Source: an uncultured Oscillospiraceae bacterium
GTDB taxonomy: Bacteria > Bacillota > Clostridia > Oscillospirales > CAG-382
Length of the DNA: 64,000 bases
Direction: 5' to 3'
Assembly: GCA_964485815.1 (NCBI GenBank)
Contig: CAZAJX010000005.1
Span: forward strand, 193-64,192
Both the position numbers and the translations under genes were made by a program. This document shows, in pieces, positions 55,425-64,000 of this stretch. Within the stretch, counting starts at the first letter, position 1. Each line of letters opens with the position of its first letter. The notes beneath the pieces were generated by a model. The model saw nothing but the letters and a program-made list of their open reading frames with translations, searched no databases and had not been told where the DNA came from.

Positions 55425-57044
55425 CTATTCAGGGAGAATGTCCGTAAACATTAAAAGGTTTGTGGTAACCGCTTCCCTTGATGTAACGGGGTTGAAGGTG
55501 CCGTCGGCATACAGAATGTCCATTACCATCATGGCGACGGCGTTACCGATAAAGCCGCCGACAGCGTCGGCAGTGACCATATCGTGCATTTGCTCGGGAT
55601 ATTGGTTACAGAGGATTGATGCATATTCAAGAGCGAAGGGAGCGACTTTTTCCTTATAGCTTTCTTCAAGCGCGGGAATCTTGGCGAAAAACTCGTTATA
55701 GCCGCCCTTGACGAGCATTATGTTAACCTTACCATCTTCGGTAATAAACTCTCTTTCCTTGAGGCGGGCAAACTTTTCCGCATTTGCTTCGTTTTTGGTA
55801 AGAGTGCCGTTCAAAAGCTCGTATACGTATTCGTAATCCGAGGTAAGGTTGTTTTCCCAATGTCCCTTACGGGATGAAAGACGGGAATCTATGGACCATG
55901 AATATAGCGTGGGATACTTATCCGACCAGCGGTTCATACTGCCGCATGACCAGTAATTATATACCGGAAGCTTGGATACATAATCGGGATCGGAAGGCTT
56001 CATATCACATTCAATGTATGCGAAAAAATCTCCGCCTGCGGTGGTTTTGATTTTATATTTGTCCAAATTTCTGTACAGCGAAATGCCGCATTTATTTCCT
56101 ATTCCATAGAATATTGCCGCCGCTTCAAAAAGCTGTCTGTTTCCGCTTGGGATATATAGGTCGGTTACATCCTTAACAGACTCAATGACTTTAGGCGCAT
56201 ATTCCTTTGCAAGAACCTCAGCAAGGGAAAGCTGAAGTGTTCTTTTCTTGTCCTCAAGTTCCAAAGAATAAGTTTCGGGAGAAAACCTGACGTATGTGGT
56301 ATATCTGCCGTCGGACTGCTTTGCAAGGAATCCGTTTTCTTCCAGAAAAGCAACCTTATCCTCGATATACACAGGAGTAACGCCAAGCTCTTCGGCTATT
56401 TCTTCAAGATTTCTGGGCTCAAAATACACGCTGTAAACTATATTGCAGTTAAGCTTATCGCCGAGATAAAACTCGGGACCACTGTTTGCGCCCGGATTTC
56501 CGCCGTGTCCGAACACAACGGGAACATAAGGGGATATGCCAAGTTTTCCTATTTTTCTTTCCATTGTAAAACTCTCCTTTAATTCGTTTCTCGCTTTGTT
56601 GAGATGCCACTTTACGGTACCCTCGGGCATATTCAAAGCTTTTGATATGGTGGAAACCGATTTGTTTTCGTAATAAAACATATAAACTATCTTGCGGCGT
56701 GACTTTGTGAGAAAAGCTACCTCTCTGCGAAGACGGAAAAGCTCTTCATCAGGGTCTTCAAGCGAGTAATCCTCGTAATACGGTAATATTACGTTATCCA
56801 GAGAAACGCCCTCTTGCTTTTTCTTGCGGGAAACGTACTTTGAATAGGTATAATGACTTATACGCCAGATATAGCCTTCTATATTGGCAATATCGTCCGC
56901 TTTAAGGAGGGAAAGATATACCTCCTGCACGATATCCGATGCCATATCCTCTGCCTCATCAAAGGAAAAGGACTTTTTTACCGCAAAGCCGTAGATCTTT
57001 TGCAGATATTCGGTTATGATCTTGTCTGCTTTTTGTTTATCCAT
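55425..57044 (-). CDS. sigma-70 family (ECF-like) sigma factor fused to an uncharacterised C-terminal domain of about 370 aa
   Basis: Region 2 DIVQEVYLSLL and region 4 HTH VSTISKALNMPEGTVKWHLNKAR lie within the first about 170 aa. Confidence 0.8.
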   Translation of the reverse strand: MDKQKADKIITEYLQKIYGFAVKKSFSFDEAEDMASDIVQEVYLSLLKADDIANIEGYIWRISHYTYSKYVSRKKKQEGVSLDNVILPYYEDYSLEDPDEELFRLRREVAFLTKSRRKIVYMFYYENKSVSTISKALNMPEGTVKWHLNKARNELKESFTMERKIGKLGISPYVPVVFGHGGNPGANSGPEFYLGDKLNCNIVYSVYFEPRNLEEIAEELGVTPVYIEDKVAFLEENGFLAKQSDGRYTTYVRFSPETYSLELEDKKRTLQLSLAEVLAKEYAPKVIESVKDVTDLYIPSGNRQLFEAAAIFYGIGNKCGISLYRNLDKYKIKTTAGGDFFAYIECDMKPSDPDYVSKLPVYNYWSCGSMNRWSDKYPTLYSWSIDSRLSSRKGHWENNLTSDYEYVYELLNGTLTKNEANAEKFARLKEREFITEDGKVNIMLVKGGYNEFFAKIPALEESYKEKVAPFALEYASILCNQYPEQMHDMVTADAVGGFIGNAVAMMVMDILYADGTFNPVTSREAVTTNLLMFTDILPE

Positions 57045-57159
57045 TTTATTAACTCCGACGCCGTTTGACTATATAGTGGAGAAGTTTTACAAAAGGTTGG
57101 CGAATGTTACAAATATTTTTAAAATTTTTCCCACGGCGTTTTTCCGTGGGAAATTTATA

Positions 57160-58386
57160 TTATTTAGGTGCGCGTTTGCGAGTGAGATATACGTCCAGTT
57201 TTTCTTTTATACCGTCGGGAATCTTTTTGTCCACGGGGCAGAGCGCCGCGTTTGCCATACGGGAGGTAAAGGCGGTTATAAACTCAACATCCTTTTCCAT
57301 ATGCTCGCCCTTCATAACAGCCATGGTATCGTAGCTGTTGTGGATGGTGGCGGTGTTATTGGGTGCGATACGGGCAAAAGAAACTGCAGGCACGCCCTTA
57401 TCCGCAAAGGGGGTGGAATCGCTGGAATATACGTCCTGACGGGTGGCAATACCGAAGCCGTATTCGGATGCGTAGTAGTTTATATAATGTACCAGCGCTT
57501 CCTCGGCGGTACAGCAGGCGATAAATTTACCCATAATACAGCCGATCATATCCAAGTTTATGTTGAGTGCGATCTTTTCCAATTCGCTTTCGTGAGAAGC
57601 GGTATATGCCTTTGAGCCCAAAAGCCCTCTCTCTTCGCTTCCGCACCAAACAAAGCGCAGACCGTATCTGTGAGGATTATTTACAAAATGCTCGGCTACG
57701 CCCAGAATTCCGATACTGCCCGACATATTGTCGTATGCGCCCTGAGAAAGCGATGTAGAATCGTAATGAGCGGTAAGGACTATGTATTCGTCGATCTCGC
57801 CGGGCATATCCAGCACTACGTTGCGGGAAACGCCTGCGTATTCATCCTGCTCAACAACTATCTTTGCGGTTTTCACGCCCTCGTTGATGATACGGATAGC
57901 ATCCTTTGCATTGATGTTTACGCCAAGTATTTTATCGCCCTTGCTTACGTGGGGACGTAATTCTCTCTGGTCTATATCTTTATCGACATAATTCGCGTTT
58001 CCGTCATAGGTGATAAAGCCTGCCGCGCCCGCTTCGAATATATCACGGTACATCCAGTAGCCCATATAACCGTCAACAAGTACTATCTTGCCCTTGCAGA
58101 GAGAAAGGGAATATTTATCCGTATTGGTAAGGTAATAAAGGGGTGCTTCGATCTCTCCGCTTCCGCACAAAAGATATCCCTTGCAGGTTATCTCTTCCCC
58201 GTCGGCATACAGCTTTGCGTTTTTGATAGTTGCCATAGAAACTTCAAAATCTTCTATTTTAGCCTCAAGTCCCATTTCGGCGCAAAGACCTTTTATGTAT
58301 TCGGCACATCTCAATTCCGCATCGCTTCCGCCCATACGGACATACGCGGTGTCTTCAAAAATTTTCATTATCTTTTGTGTATTCAT
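57160..58386 (-). CDS. M28-family metallopeptidase with PA-like insert
   Basis: LTAHYDS, DNMSGS and GSEERGLLGS motifs. AAGGAG RBS. Confidence 0.82.
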   Translation of the reverse strand: MNTQKIMKIFEDTAYVRMGGSDAELRCAEYIKGLCAEMGLEAKIEDFEVSMATIKNAKLYADGEEITCKGYLLCGSGEIEAPLYYLTNTDKYSLSLCKGKIVLVDGYMGYWMYRDIFEAGAAGFITYDGNANYVDKDIDQRELRPHVSKGDKILGVNINAKDAIRIINEGVKTAKIVVEQDEYAGVSRNVVLDMPGEIDEYIVLTAHYDSTSLSQGAYDNMSGSIGILGVAEHFVNNPHRYGLRFVWCGSEERGLLGSKAYTASHESELEKIALNINLDMIGCIMGKFIACCTAEEALVHYINYYASEYGFGIATRQDVYSSDSTPFADKGVPAVSFARIAPNNTATIHNSYDTMAVMKGEHMEKDVEFITAFTSRMANAALCPVDKKIPDGIKEKLDVYLTRKRAPK

Positions 58387-58399
58387 AAATATTGCTCCT

Positions 58400-59851
58400 T
58401 TAATCCTTTAAAAATTCATTAATCTTGGGGAAAATCTGCTTTTGAAGTTGGGGGATGGTATCACGGGTAGTCCAGCTGCACCAGTATGTATAACCGCCGA
58501 GAGTAAGCGAGCGGGGTGTGGCAACGTAGCTGTAATATCCATCGCATTGGTCAAGGGGAATTGTTTTTGAGCCGGTAAAGGTAGCTCTTAACCATGTGGT
58601 AAGTTCCACAAGGCTTTCGCCCGGCACGCCCACAAAAAGATATTCGCCGAACCGCACGCAGGGAATATCGATCTCCACTTCCCTCTTTGCAAGGGTATCA
58701 TCGTCAAATCCGCAGATATCGAACACCATCGGTCCGTTATATATGGCCTTGTAATAATCGTCCACAGCGCGCTTTACCTGTGCGGGAGTTTTGGAAGGAT
58801 CGGTCTTGTAAGTATCAAAGGTGTTTTTCGCCGCTTCGATCTTTTCCCATTGACCGTTGCGGGCATCATCTACCGTTTTCGGCATATCGTCCCGCATAGG
58901 AACGGTTACCTTGAAGGTTTCGGTACGCAAAAAATCCGCGTTTTTCAAAGGACGGCGGTTCTTGCGGAATTCTTTGGAAATTTTATCCGCAATAGAAAGT
59001 CCTATCCGCTTGCACTCTGCGTCGCTGGAAATAAAATCGTCGATTCCGTCATAGCCTTTTTTGGTGGTAAGGTCTGCGCAGGGGCCGTTCATATAAATGG
59101 ACGTGCCGCCGAACTCTTCTTCCAGATTTTGGGAAAGATAGCCGGGCCAATCGAAATCATAGCGGTACATCTGCGCTTTTCCTTCTACGGGGCGAAGCTC
59201 AAACAGCACGGCTACATCGGGATGGGCGGCAAAGCGGGAAACCGAGCCCATCACTTTACCTTCCATATCCTTGAAAAGGAACATATATGCCAGAGGATCG
59301 TTTTGGTTATCGAAATAAAGAGGCTCTTTTAAGGTTTCAAGGCGAGGGCGGTAGTCCTGCAACAGCATTATACCCTCGTTATTGGTGCAGGGCTTGCCGT
59401 TCTTATCAAAGCCCATACCCGTCCACACGGTTACACCGCCCAAGCCTTCCACGTATTGCTCGCGGTTGAAGGAATAATCCGTGCCCATATACGCCTCCGC
59501 CACCTCGCAGGTGAAGGGGACTGCAGAGGATTTCATTTTGTTTACCTCTTGGGAAACGCGGTGGATTATCGCATCCAATCCGTTATGTATGGAAAGTCCG
59601 CCGGGTGCGGCGTGAAGCTGTAATTCGTGGAAAACGATGCTCTTTTCGGGGATGCCGCATTTTTCCGACACGGATTTGCGGAAAGCGCGGGTGTCGGTTG
59701 CCCAGGTAAGTCCCGTATCAAATACGCAGAAAAGCACCTGCTCATCTCCCGAACGTATATACATAAGACGGCAGTAAAGGTCTGTATGGAAATCCCACAC
59801 GGGTTCAAATGCTCCCTTAAGGGATATTTTGGAAAAGCTGCACTCACTCAT
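58400..59851 (-). CDS. hypothetical cytoplasmic protein (possibly neutral-ceramidase-like fold)
   Basis: 483 aa, AGGAGG RBS. VGVPGE segment near the C-terminus. Family guess is weak. Confidence 0.6.
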   Translation of the reverse strand: MSECSFSKISLKGAFEPVWDFHTDLYCRLMYIRSGDEQVLFCVFDTGLTWATDTRAFRKSVSEKCGIPEKSIVFHELQLHAAPGGLSIHNGLDAIIHRVSQEVNKMKSSAVPFTCEVAEAYMGTDYSFNREQYVEGLGGVTVWTGMGFDKNGKPCTNNEGIMLLQDYRPRLETLKEPLYFDNQNDPLAYMFLFKDMEGKVMGSVSRFAAHPDVAVLFELRPVEGKAQMYRYDFDWPGYLSQNLEEEFGGTSIYMNGPCADLTTKKGYDGIDDFISSDAECKRIGLSIADKISKEFRKNRRPLKNADFLRTETFKVTVPMRDDMPKTVDDARNGQWEKIEAAKNTFDTYKTDPSKTPAQVKRAVDDYYKAIYNGPMVFDICGFDDDTLAKREVEIDIPCVRFGEYLFVGVPGESLVELTTWLRATFTGSKTIPLDQCDGYYSYVATPRSLTLGGYTYWCSWTTRDTIPQLQKQIFPKINEFLKD

Positions 59852-60028
59852 TCAAAACGCCTCCTTTTAACGAGTTTATTTAATTGTAGCACAAAAGAAG
59901 CGGCTTTTCAATCGGTTTTTCCAATTCAAATCAACCGTTGCGTGAATAAATATCCGCGCCGATTGCTTGAATAAGCGGTTTTTGTATGTTATACTTATTC
60001 TATATTACTATGAGAGGCGTGGTGCGGT

Positions 60029-61549
60029 ATGGAACTTAATCTTTCGGAAAACATACGGGAAATGCGAAAAGCACGGGGAATAACCCAGACGGAGCTTGCC
60101 CAAAGCCTTTCCGTAACACCTCAATCGGTCAGCCGTTGGGAAACGGGACAAGCCTACCCCGACGTAGTACTGTTGCCAAAGATTGCAAAGTATTTTGACG
60201 TAACGTTGGACGAATTGATGCTGGGTCTGGAATCCTCCCTGACCATATACCGCAAGGAGTTTATCGAAGCATCCAAGGCGGTGCACAGCGAAAACACTTT
60301 GGAAAACCGCAAGCGTGTGTGCGATATACTTGAGGTGCTTACCCGTGAAAAGCCGAGAGAGTATATGGTGCTGTATTTCACTAACCTTATGGTGATGAAA
60401 AACGAATACGATAACGTATCCGAAAGCAGGCTGGACGATTTGAGAGAACAGCTCTGCGAAATGATCAATAACCTGCCCTTGGGGGAAAAGTGCGTTTCGC
60501 TTGTAAGCATTATCCGCAGCGAAGACGAAGATAAATTGGATATATGGAAAAGCTTTTGCCCTGAAAGATACGCATTCACCACCTGGGACGATTATTTGCT
60601 CCAAAGATACGCAATGACGGGGGATAACAAAAAGTGGAACGCTGTTCGGCAGAACGCCACCTACGAGCTGGTTTCCAAGCTGTTAAACCTGCTTTCCGAA
60701 GAAAGCCGCGGCAACAGCGGATCAGCACAAAGCTGTTTTCTGCCTAATCCCAACGAATATTACCGCGCATCACTAAAGGTTATCGATGCATTTTCGGACA
60801 CGGAAAACGATATACTCCTTCCCCTGCGCATACAGCTTGAATTCGGTCTGGCAAGAGCGCTGTTCATGGAAGGACAAACCGAAGAGGGCTTTGAGCATCT
60901 GGCGAACACGAAAAGATATATACAGTTTTTCTGGAGCGCGAGAAACGGCGAACCTTTAACGGGAAGCGAGCCTTTTATGGACACTGTTTCCTGCGAGGTA
61001 CACGACGAGGAAGCCGTTACCTGTATGCTCAACGTATGGAAATACGATTCCTGCCTTGAATTTGATTCGGTAAGGGAGGATAAACGGTTTATCGAATTTT
61101 TCGATTACGTTAACGGTCTGTTCCCCAGCACCAGAGGGTTTGTAACCGTAAAGGACGGAAAGGACATTCCCTACGATGAATCGGAATTTGCTCGTCTTGT
61201 GGATATAGCCAACGAGGAGCTGAAAAAGAAAAGCGCAACCTATATGACTCAGGCGGTGGTGTTTAAGACCGAAAAGGGAAATATATACCACACCGTTATT
61301 TCCGACACTCTGGCAGACACGGAATCCGACGCACTGCTTAAAAAAATGAAGCATAACTGCGACACACATATAGAAAGCATAGTTTGCTGTTGGGAAGGCG
61401 GATGTGTGGATATCCCCTCCTATGACTTGCGGCAAAAGCTTATAGCCCTCGACCGCAGAAACAAGGACGCGCTCATACTTTTGCAAGGGCTTGACAGATA
61501 CATTGTAAAAGAGCTGGAAATATTGATGCCGCCCAAAAAGAAAAATTAA
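60029..61549 (+). CDS. XRE-family HTH protein with C-terminal region of about 440 aa
   Basis: ITQTELAQSLSVTPQSVSRWETGQAYPD. Paralogous N-terminus to 9907, 16234 and 44795. Confidence 0.8.
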   Translation: MELNLSENIREMRKARGITQTELAQSLSVTPQSVSRWETGQAYPDVVLLPKIAKYFDVTLDELMLGLESSLTIYRKEFIEASKAVHSENTLENRKRVCDILEVLTREKPREYMVLYFTNLMVMKNEYDNVSESRLDDLREQLCEMINNLPLGEKCVSLVSIIRSEDEDKLDIWKSFCPERYAFTTWDDYLLQRYAMTGDNKKWNAVRQNATYELVSKLLNLLSEESRGNSGSAQSCFLPNPNEYYRASLKVIDAFSDTENDILLPLRIQLEFGLARALFMEGQTEEGFEHLANTKRYIQFFWSARNGEPLTGSEPFMDTVSCEVHDEEAVTCMLNVWKYDSCLEFDSVREDKRFIEFFDYVNGLFPSTRGFVTVKDGKDIPYDESEFARLVDIANEELKKKSATYMTQAVVFKTEKGNIYHTVISDTLADTESDALLKKMKHNCDTHIESIVCCWEGGCVDIPSYDLRQKLIALDRRNKDALILLQGLDRYIVKELEILMPPKKKN

Positions 61550-61569
61550 TATTTTTGCGTAAAATCCTA

Positions 61570-61598
61570 TTGACAAGTGTATATTCAGGTGCTATAAT
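61570..61598 (+). promoter_or_regulatory. consensus sigma-A promoter TTGACA-17-TATAAT
   Basis: ttgaca at 61570-61575, exact 17-nt spacer, tataat at 61593-61598. Confidence 0.75.
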
Positions 61599-61604
61599 TC
61601 ATTA

Positions 61605-61903
61605 AAAGTGAATATTTAAACCGTTGAAGCGGAGATAAAAACAAAACACGCCTTTACAGAGAGCCTGCGCAGCTGAGATGCAGGCAAGAACCGGTTTGTT
61701 AAATGGACCGCGGAGGGCGCAGTCAAATGTGCATATACAGCACAGAGTATTCTGCGACGTGTGGGCATACGTCAGTTGCCGGGGATATGAAGTATCCCGC
61801 AAAGCGCACAGAGCTTTCTCTGTGAAACAAGGTGGCACCGCGAATAAAAGCATAGTTATTCGTCCTTGGCAGACAGTATATTTCTGCCAAGGATTTTTAT
61901 TTT
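61605..61903 (+). promoter_or_regulatory. T-box riboswitch leader, probable tRNA-Trp specificity
   Basis: AGAGAG at 61658-61663, distal-loop GCTGAGA at 61672-61678, candidate specifier UGG-A at 61704-61707, T-box AAACAAGGTGGCACCGCG at 61825-61842, terminator ccttggcaga/tctgccaagg plus atttttatttt at 61864-61903. Confidence 0.85.
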
Positions 61904-61919
61904 AAAAGGAGAAGATAAA

Positions 61920-61961
61920 ATGCTGTTGACAAAACGATGGCGCAGATGCATTTTCATCTGA
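61920..61961 (+). CDS. candidate 13-codon leader peptide [13 protein letters not shown]
   Basis: ATG 7 nt after AAGGAGA, one Trp codon, stop 31 nt before the trpB ATG. No other support. Confidence 0.25.
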   Translation: MLLTKRWRRCIFI

Positions 61962-61992
61962 ATTCAACACATATCAAAAGGAGAAAAACAAA

Positions 61993-63210
61993 ATGAAATT
62001 TAACGGAATCGATTTCGATACATATTTAAAAAACTACCCCGATGAAAAGGGATACTTCGGAAAATACGGCGGATCTTACATATCTCCCGAACTGCAAAAG
62101 GCGATGGATGAAACCACCGAAGCTTATTTCACCATTTGTAAATCCAGCAAGTTTATAAGCGAATTGCGCCGCATACGCAAAGAATTTCAGGGCAGACCTA
62201 CCCCTATCTCACATCTGGAACGCCTTTCTACCTCCCTTGGCAACGTTCAACTTTACGTTAAAAGAGAGGACCTTAACCACACGGGCGCACACAAATTAAA
62301 CCATTGCATGGGCGAAGCTCTGCTTGCTAAATATATGGGCAAAAAGAAGGTTATTGCGGAAACGGGCGCAGGACAGCACGGTGTTGCTCTTGCCACCGCC
62401 GCCGCATATTTCGGCTTGGAATGCGATATTTATATGGGAAGCGTGGATATCAAAAAGCAGGCTCCCAACGTAGCGAGAATGAAAATTCTCGGCGCAAACG
62501 TAGTAGAAGTTACCCACGGGCTTGCAACTCTGAAAGAAGCGGTTGACGCGGCTTTTGACGCATACGCAAGAGAATACAAAGATGCCATTTACTGTATCGG
62601 CTCTGTTGTAGGTCCTCACCCCTTCCCTATGATGGTAAGAGATTTCCAGAGTGTTGTAGGTATTGAAGCTAGGGAGCAGTTTATTGAAATGACAGGCGAA
62701 CTGCCCGATGCAGTCGTTGCCTGCGTTGGCGGCGGCTCAAACTCTATGGGTATGTTTTCCGGATTTCTCAATTACCCCGTAGATATTTACGGTGTTGAGC
62801 CCTTGGGCAGAGGCACCGCCTTGGGCGACCACGCCGCAAGTCTGCAATACGGCTCCGAAGGCGTTATGCACGGTTTCAACAGCATTATGCTTAAAGACGA
62901 AAACGGCGATCCCGCCCCCGTATATTCCGTGGCAAGCGGTCTGGACTACCCCTCTTCCGGTCCCGAGCACGCATTTTTGCACGATCTGGGCAGAGTAAAA
63001 TACGACGTGGTTTCCGATGAGGAAACCATAGATGCATTCTTCACCCTTTCCAGACTGGAAGGCATTATCCCCGCTATCGAAAGCTCTCACGCCGTTGCAT
63101 ACGGCATTAAGCTGGCAAAGACTATGGGTAAGGGTTCTGTGCTCATCTGTCTTTCCGGCAGAGGCGACAAGGATATGGACTTCATAATTGAAAAATACGG
63201 CATAAGATGA
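61993..63210 (+). CDS. trpB: tryptophan synthase beta subunit
   Basis: [24 protein letters not shown] (PLP Lys) and GGGSNSMG motifs. AAGGAGA RBS. Confidence 0.9.
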   Translation: MKFNGIDFDTYLKNYPDEKGYFGKYGGSYISPELQKAMDETTEAYFTICKSSKFISELRRIRKEFQGRPTPISHLERLSTSLGNVQLYVKREDLNHTGAHKLNHCMGEALLAKYMGKKKVIAETGAGQHGVALATAAAYFGLECDIYMGSVDIKKQAPNVARMKILGANVVEVTHGLATLKEAVDAAFDAYAREYKDAIYCIGSVVGPHPFPMMVRDFQSVVGIEAREQFIEMTGELPDAVVACVGGGSNSMGMFSGFLNYPVDIYGVEPLGRGTALGDHAASLQYGSEGVMHGFNSIMLKDENGDPAPVYSVASGLDYPSSGPEHAFLHDLGRVKYDVVSDEETIDAFFTLSRLEGIIPAIESSHAVAYGIKLAKTMGKGSVLICLSGRGDKDMDFIIEKYGIR

Positions 63211-63254
63211 TTTTGATACTTCAATAAAAGCCGTTAGGAATCACGGAGGTATTT

Positions 63255-64000
63255 ATGAAAAGAATTTTATCTATTGTTCTTGTGCTTATATGCGTTTTGC
63301 TTTCTTCCTGCGATCACGAAAACACTTCTGTCGGCGAAGAAGTGAATTACAGCGAGGTGTTGGGAACGGCGCAAAAGTTTATTGATGACGGCAACTACGA
63401 GGATGCGTATAAGACTTTATACAGCATTTGCGATTATCCCAAAGCAAAAGAAATGCTTGCCGATTTCAAGGTGCTCCCACTCAATACCGCGGGTAACGGA
63501 TCTGCAAAAGCGAAGCCGAGCTTCTATATTTGTGAATATACCTATGATGAAAACGGTGTGCTTTTGAGTAAAGAGGAAAAGCTTTCCAATGACGTTACCA
63601 AAACCTACACTTATACCTACGACGAAATGGGAAGATTGCTGAAAGAGGCTGTTAAAAAGGTATCTCCCTACAACAGCTCCTACGATTCGGCAAGCAAGAC
63701 AAAGACCGAAAACGGCAGTATAGAATATACGTATAACGAACAGGGCGACGTTATAAATAAATATGTTATTGAAGCTATCGGATTGCCATATAACGATGAG
63801 TATATATATGAATATGACGATAGCGGCAAGAAAATATCGGTATATAGCCTTACTGAAGATGAAACCACTTATTTCACCTATAACGAGCAAGGTCAGCTTA
63901 TTAAGGAAGAAGACGAATACGGTTCGGTGCATAGTTTCGAATATGACCAAAACGGAAACCTTGTAAAAGAAACCTTGGGATCCGGAGGCGTGGTCGAATA
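63255..64000 (+). CDS. YD-repeat (RHS-family-like) lipoprotein, 3'-truncated by the window end
   Basis: Not in the ORF track because it has no stop. My translation gives MKRILSIVLVLICVLLSSC (lipobox), then repeated YTYDENG/YTYDEMG/YTYNEQG/YEYDDSG/FTYNEQG/FEYDQNG. GGAGG RBS. Confidence 0.7.
   Translation, partial: MKRILSIVLVLICVLLSSCDHENTSVGEEVNYSEVLGTAQKFIDDGNYEDAYKTLYSICDYPKAKEMLADFKVLPLNTAGNGSAKAKPSFYICEYTYDENGVLLSKEEKLSNDVTKTYTYTYDEMGRLLKEAVKKVSPYNSSYDSASKTKTENGSIEYTYNEQGDVINKYVIEAIGLPYNDEYIYEYDDSGKKISVYSLTEDETTYFTYNEQGQLIKEEDEYGSVHSFEYDQNGNLVKETLGSGGVVE

Noticed and set aside
61602-61905. 83-aa (minus) and 75-aa (plus) ORFs in the trpB upstream region
   Set aside because: They lie within a region carrying clear T-box leader motifs and a terminator, and neither has an RBS.
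1-64000. Scanned for transposases, integrases, phage genes, tRNA/rRNA, CRISPR and classic defence modules (RM, TA pairs, STAND/AAA ATPases with nucleases)
   Set aside because: None recognised. The window looks like core chromosome with lineage-specific surface and metabolic operons, not a mobile island. A dedicated HMM scan (for example DefenseFinder/PADLOC) would be needed to exclude cryptic systems.

Overview
64-kb chromosomal segment with Gram-positive, Clostridia-like signatures (inference from AGGAGG-type RBSs, many lipobox signal peptides, a T-box leader, a CotH homologue and hairpin plus T-run terminators). I found no rRNA, tRNA, CRISPR array, transposase, integrase or phage genes. Reading left to right: (1) a compact eight-gene type IV pilus / Com-like operon on the minus strand (1.1-7.9 kb); (2) pfp and assorted housekeeping and lipoprotein genes (8-17 kb); (3) a plus-strand operon (17.9-26.0 kb) encoding a CUT1-type ABC importer, then a secreted staphylococcal-nuclease lipoprotein and a lipoprotein with tandem OB-fold-like repeats, followed by a separately promoted barnase-family RNase lipoprotein (26.1-27.3 kb); (4) converging on it, a tightly packed ten-gene minus-strand operon (27.4-36.2 kb): tdk-deoC-deoD-deoB-cdd-pdp-HD(dGTPase-like)-DHH-DHH-surE. 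I read (3) and (4) together as a candidate locus for foraging extracellular nucleic acid and catabolising it, and this is the main finding. Further right: (5) an operon with a DUF1836-like protein, NfeD and flotillin, extended by five uncharacterised membrane or lipoprotein genes (36.8-42.5 kb); (6) miscellaneous genes including two paralogous DHHW lipoproteins, a LOG-family protein, a CPBP protease, a VOC protein and trxA; (7) an operon of a CotH lipoprotein and a 1029-aa lipoprotein, a signal-peptide-less two-domain DUF11 protein, and a sigma-70/ECF-type factor with a long C-terminal extension (49.6-57.0 kb); (8) a consensus promoter, a Trp T-box leader, a 13-codon Trp-containing mini-ORF and an apparently orphan trpB (61.6-63.2 kb), then a truncated YD-repeat lipoprotein gene. 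A short structured element (hairpin closed by CCCC/GGGG, followed by ACCCCGA) recurs in at least five intergenic tails, with compensatory changes in the stems. Many very long antisense ORFs in the track are codon-usage artefacts. Every family assignment rests on motifs read by eye. No database search was run.
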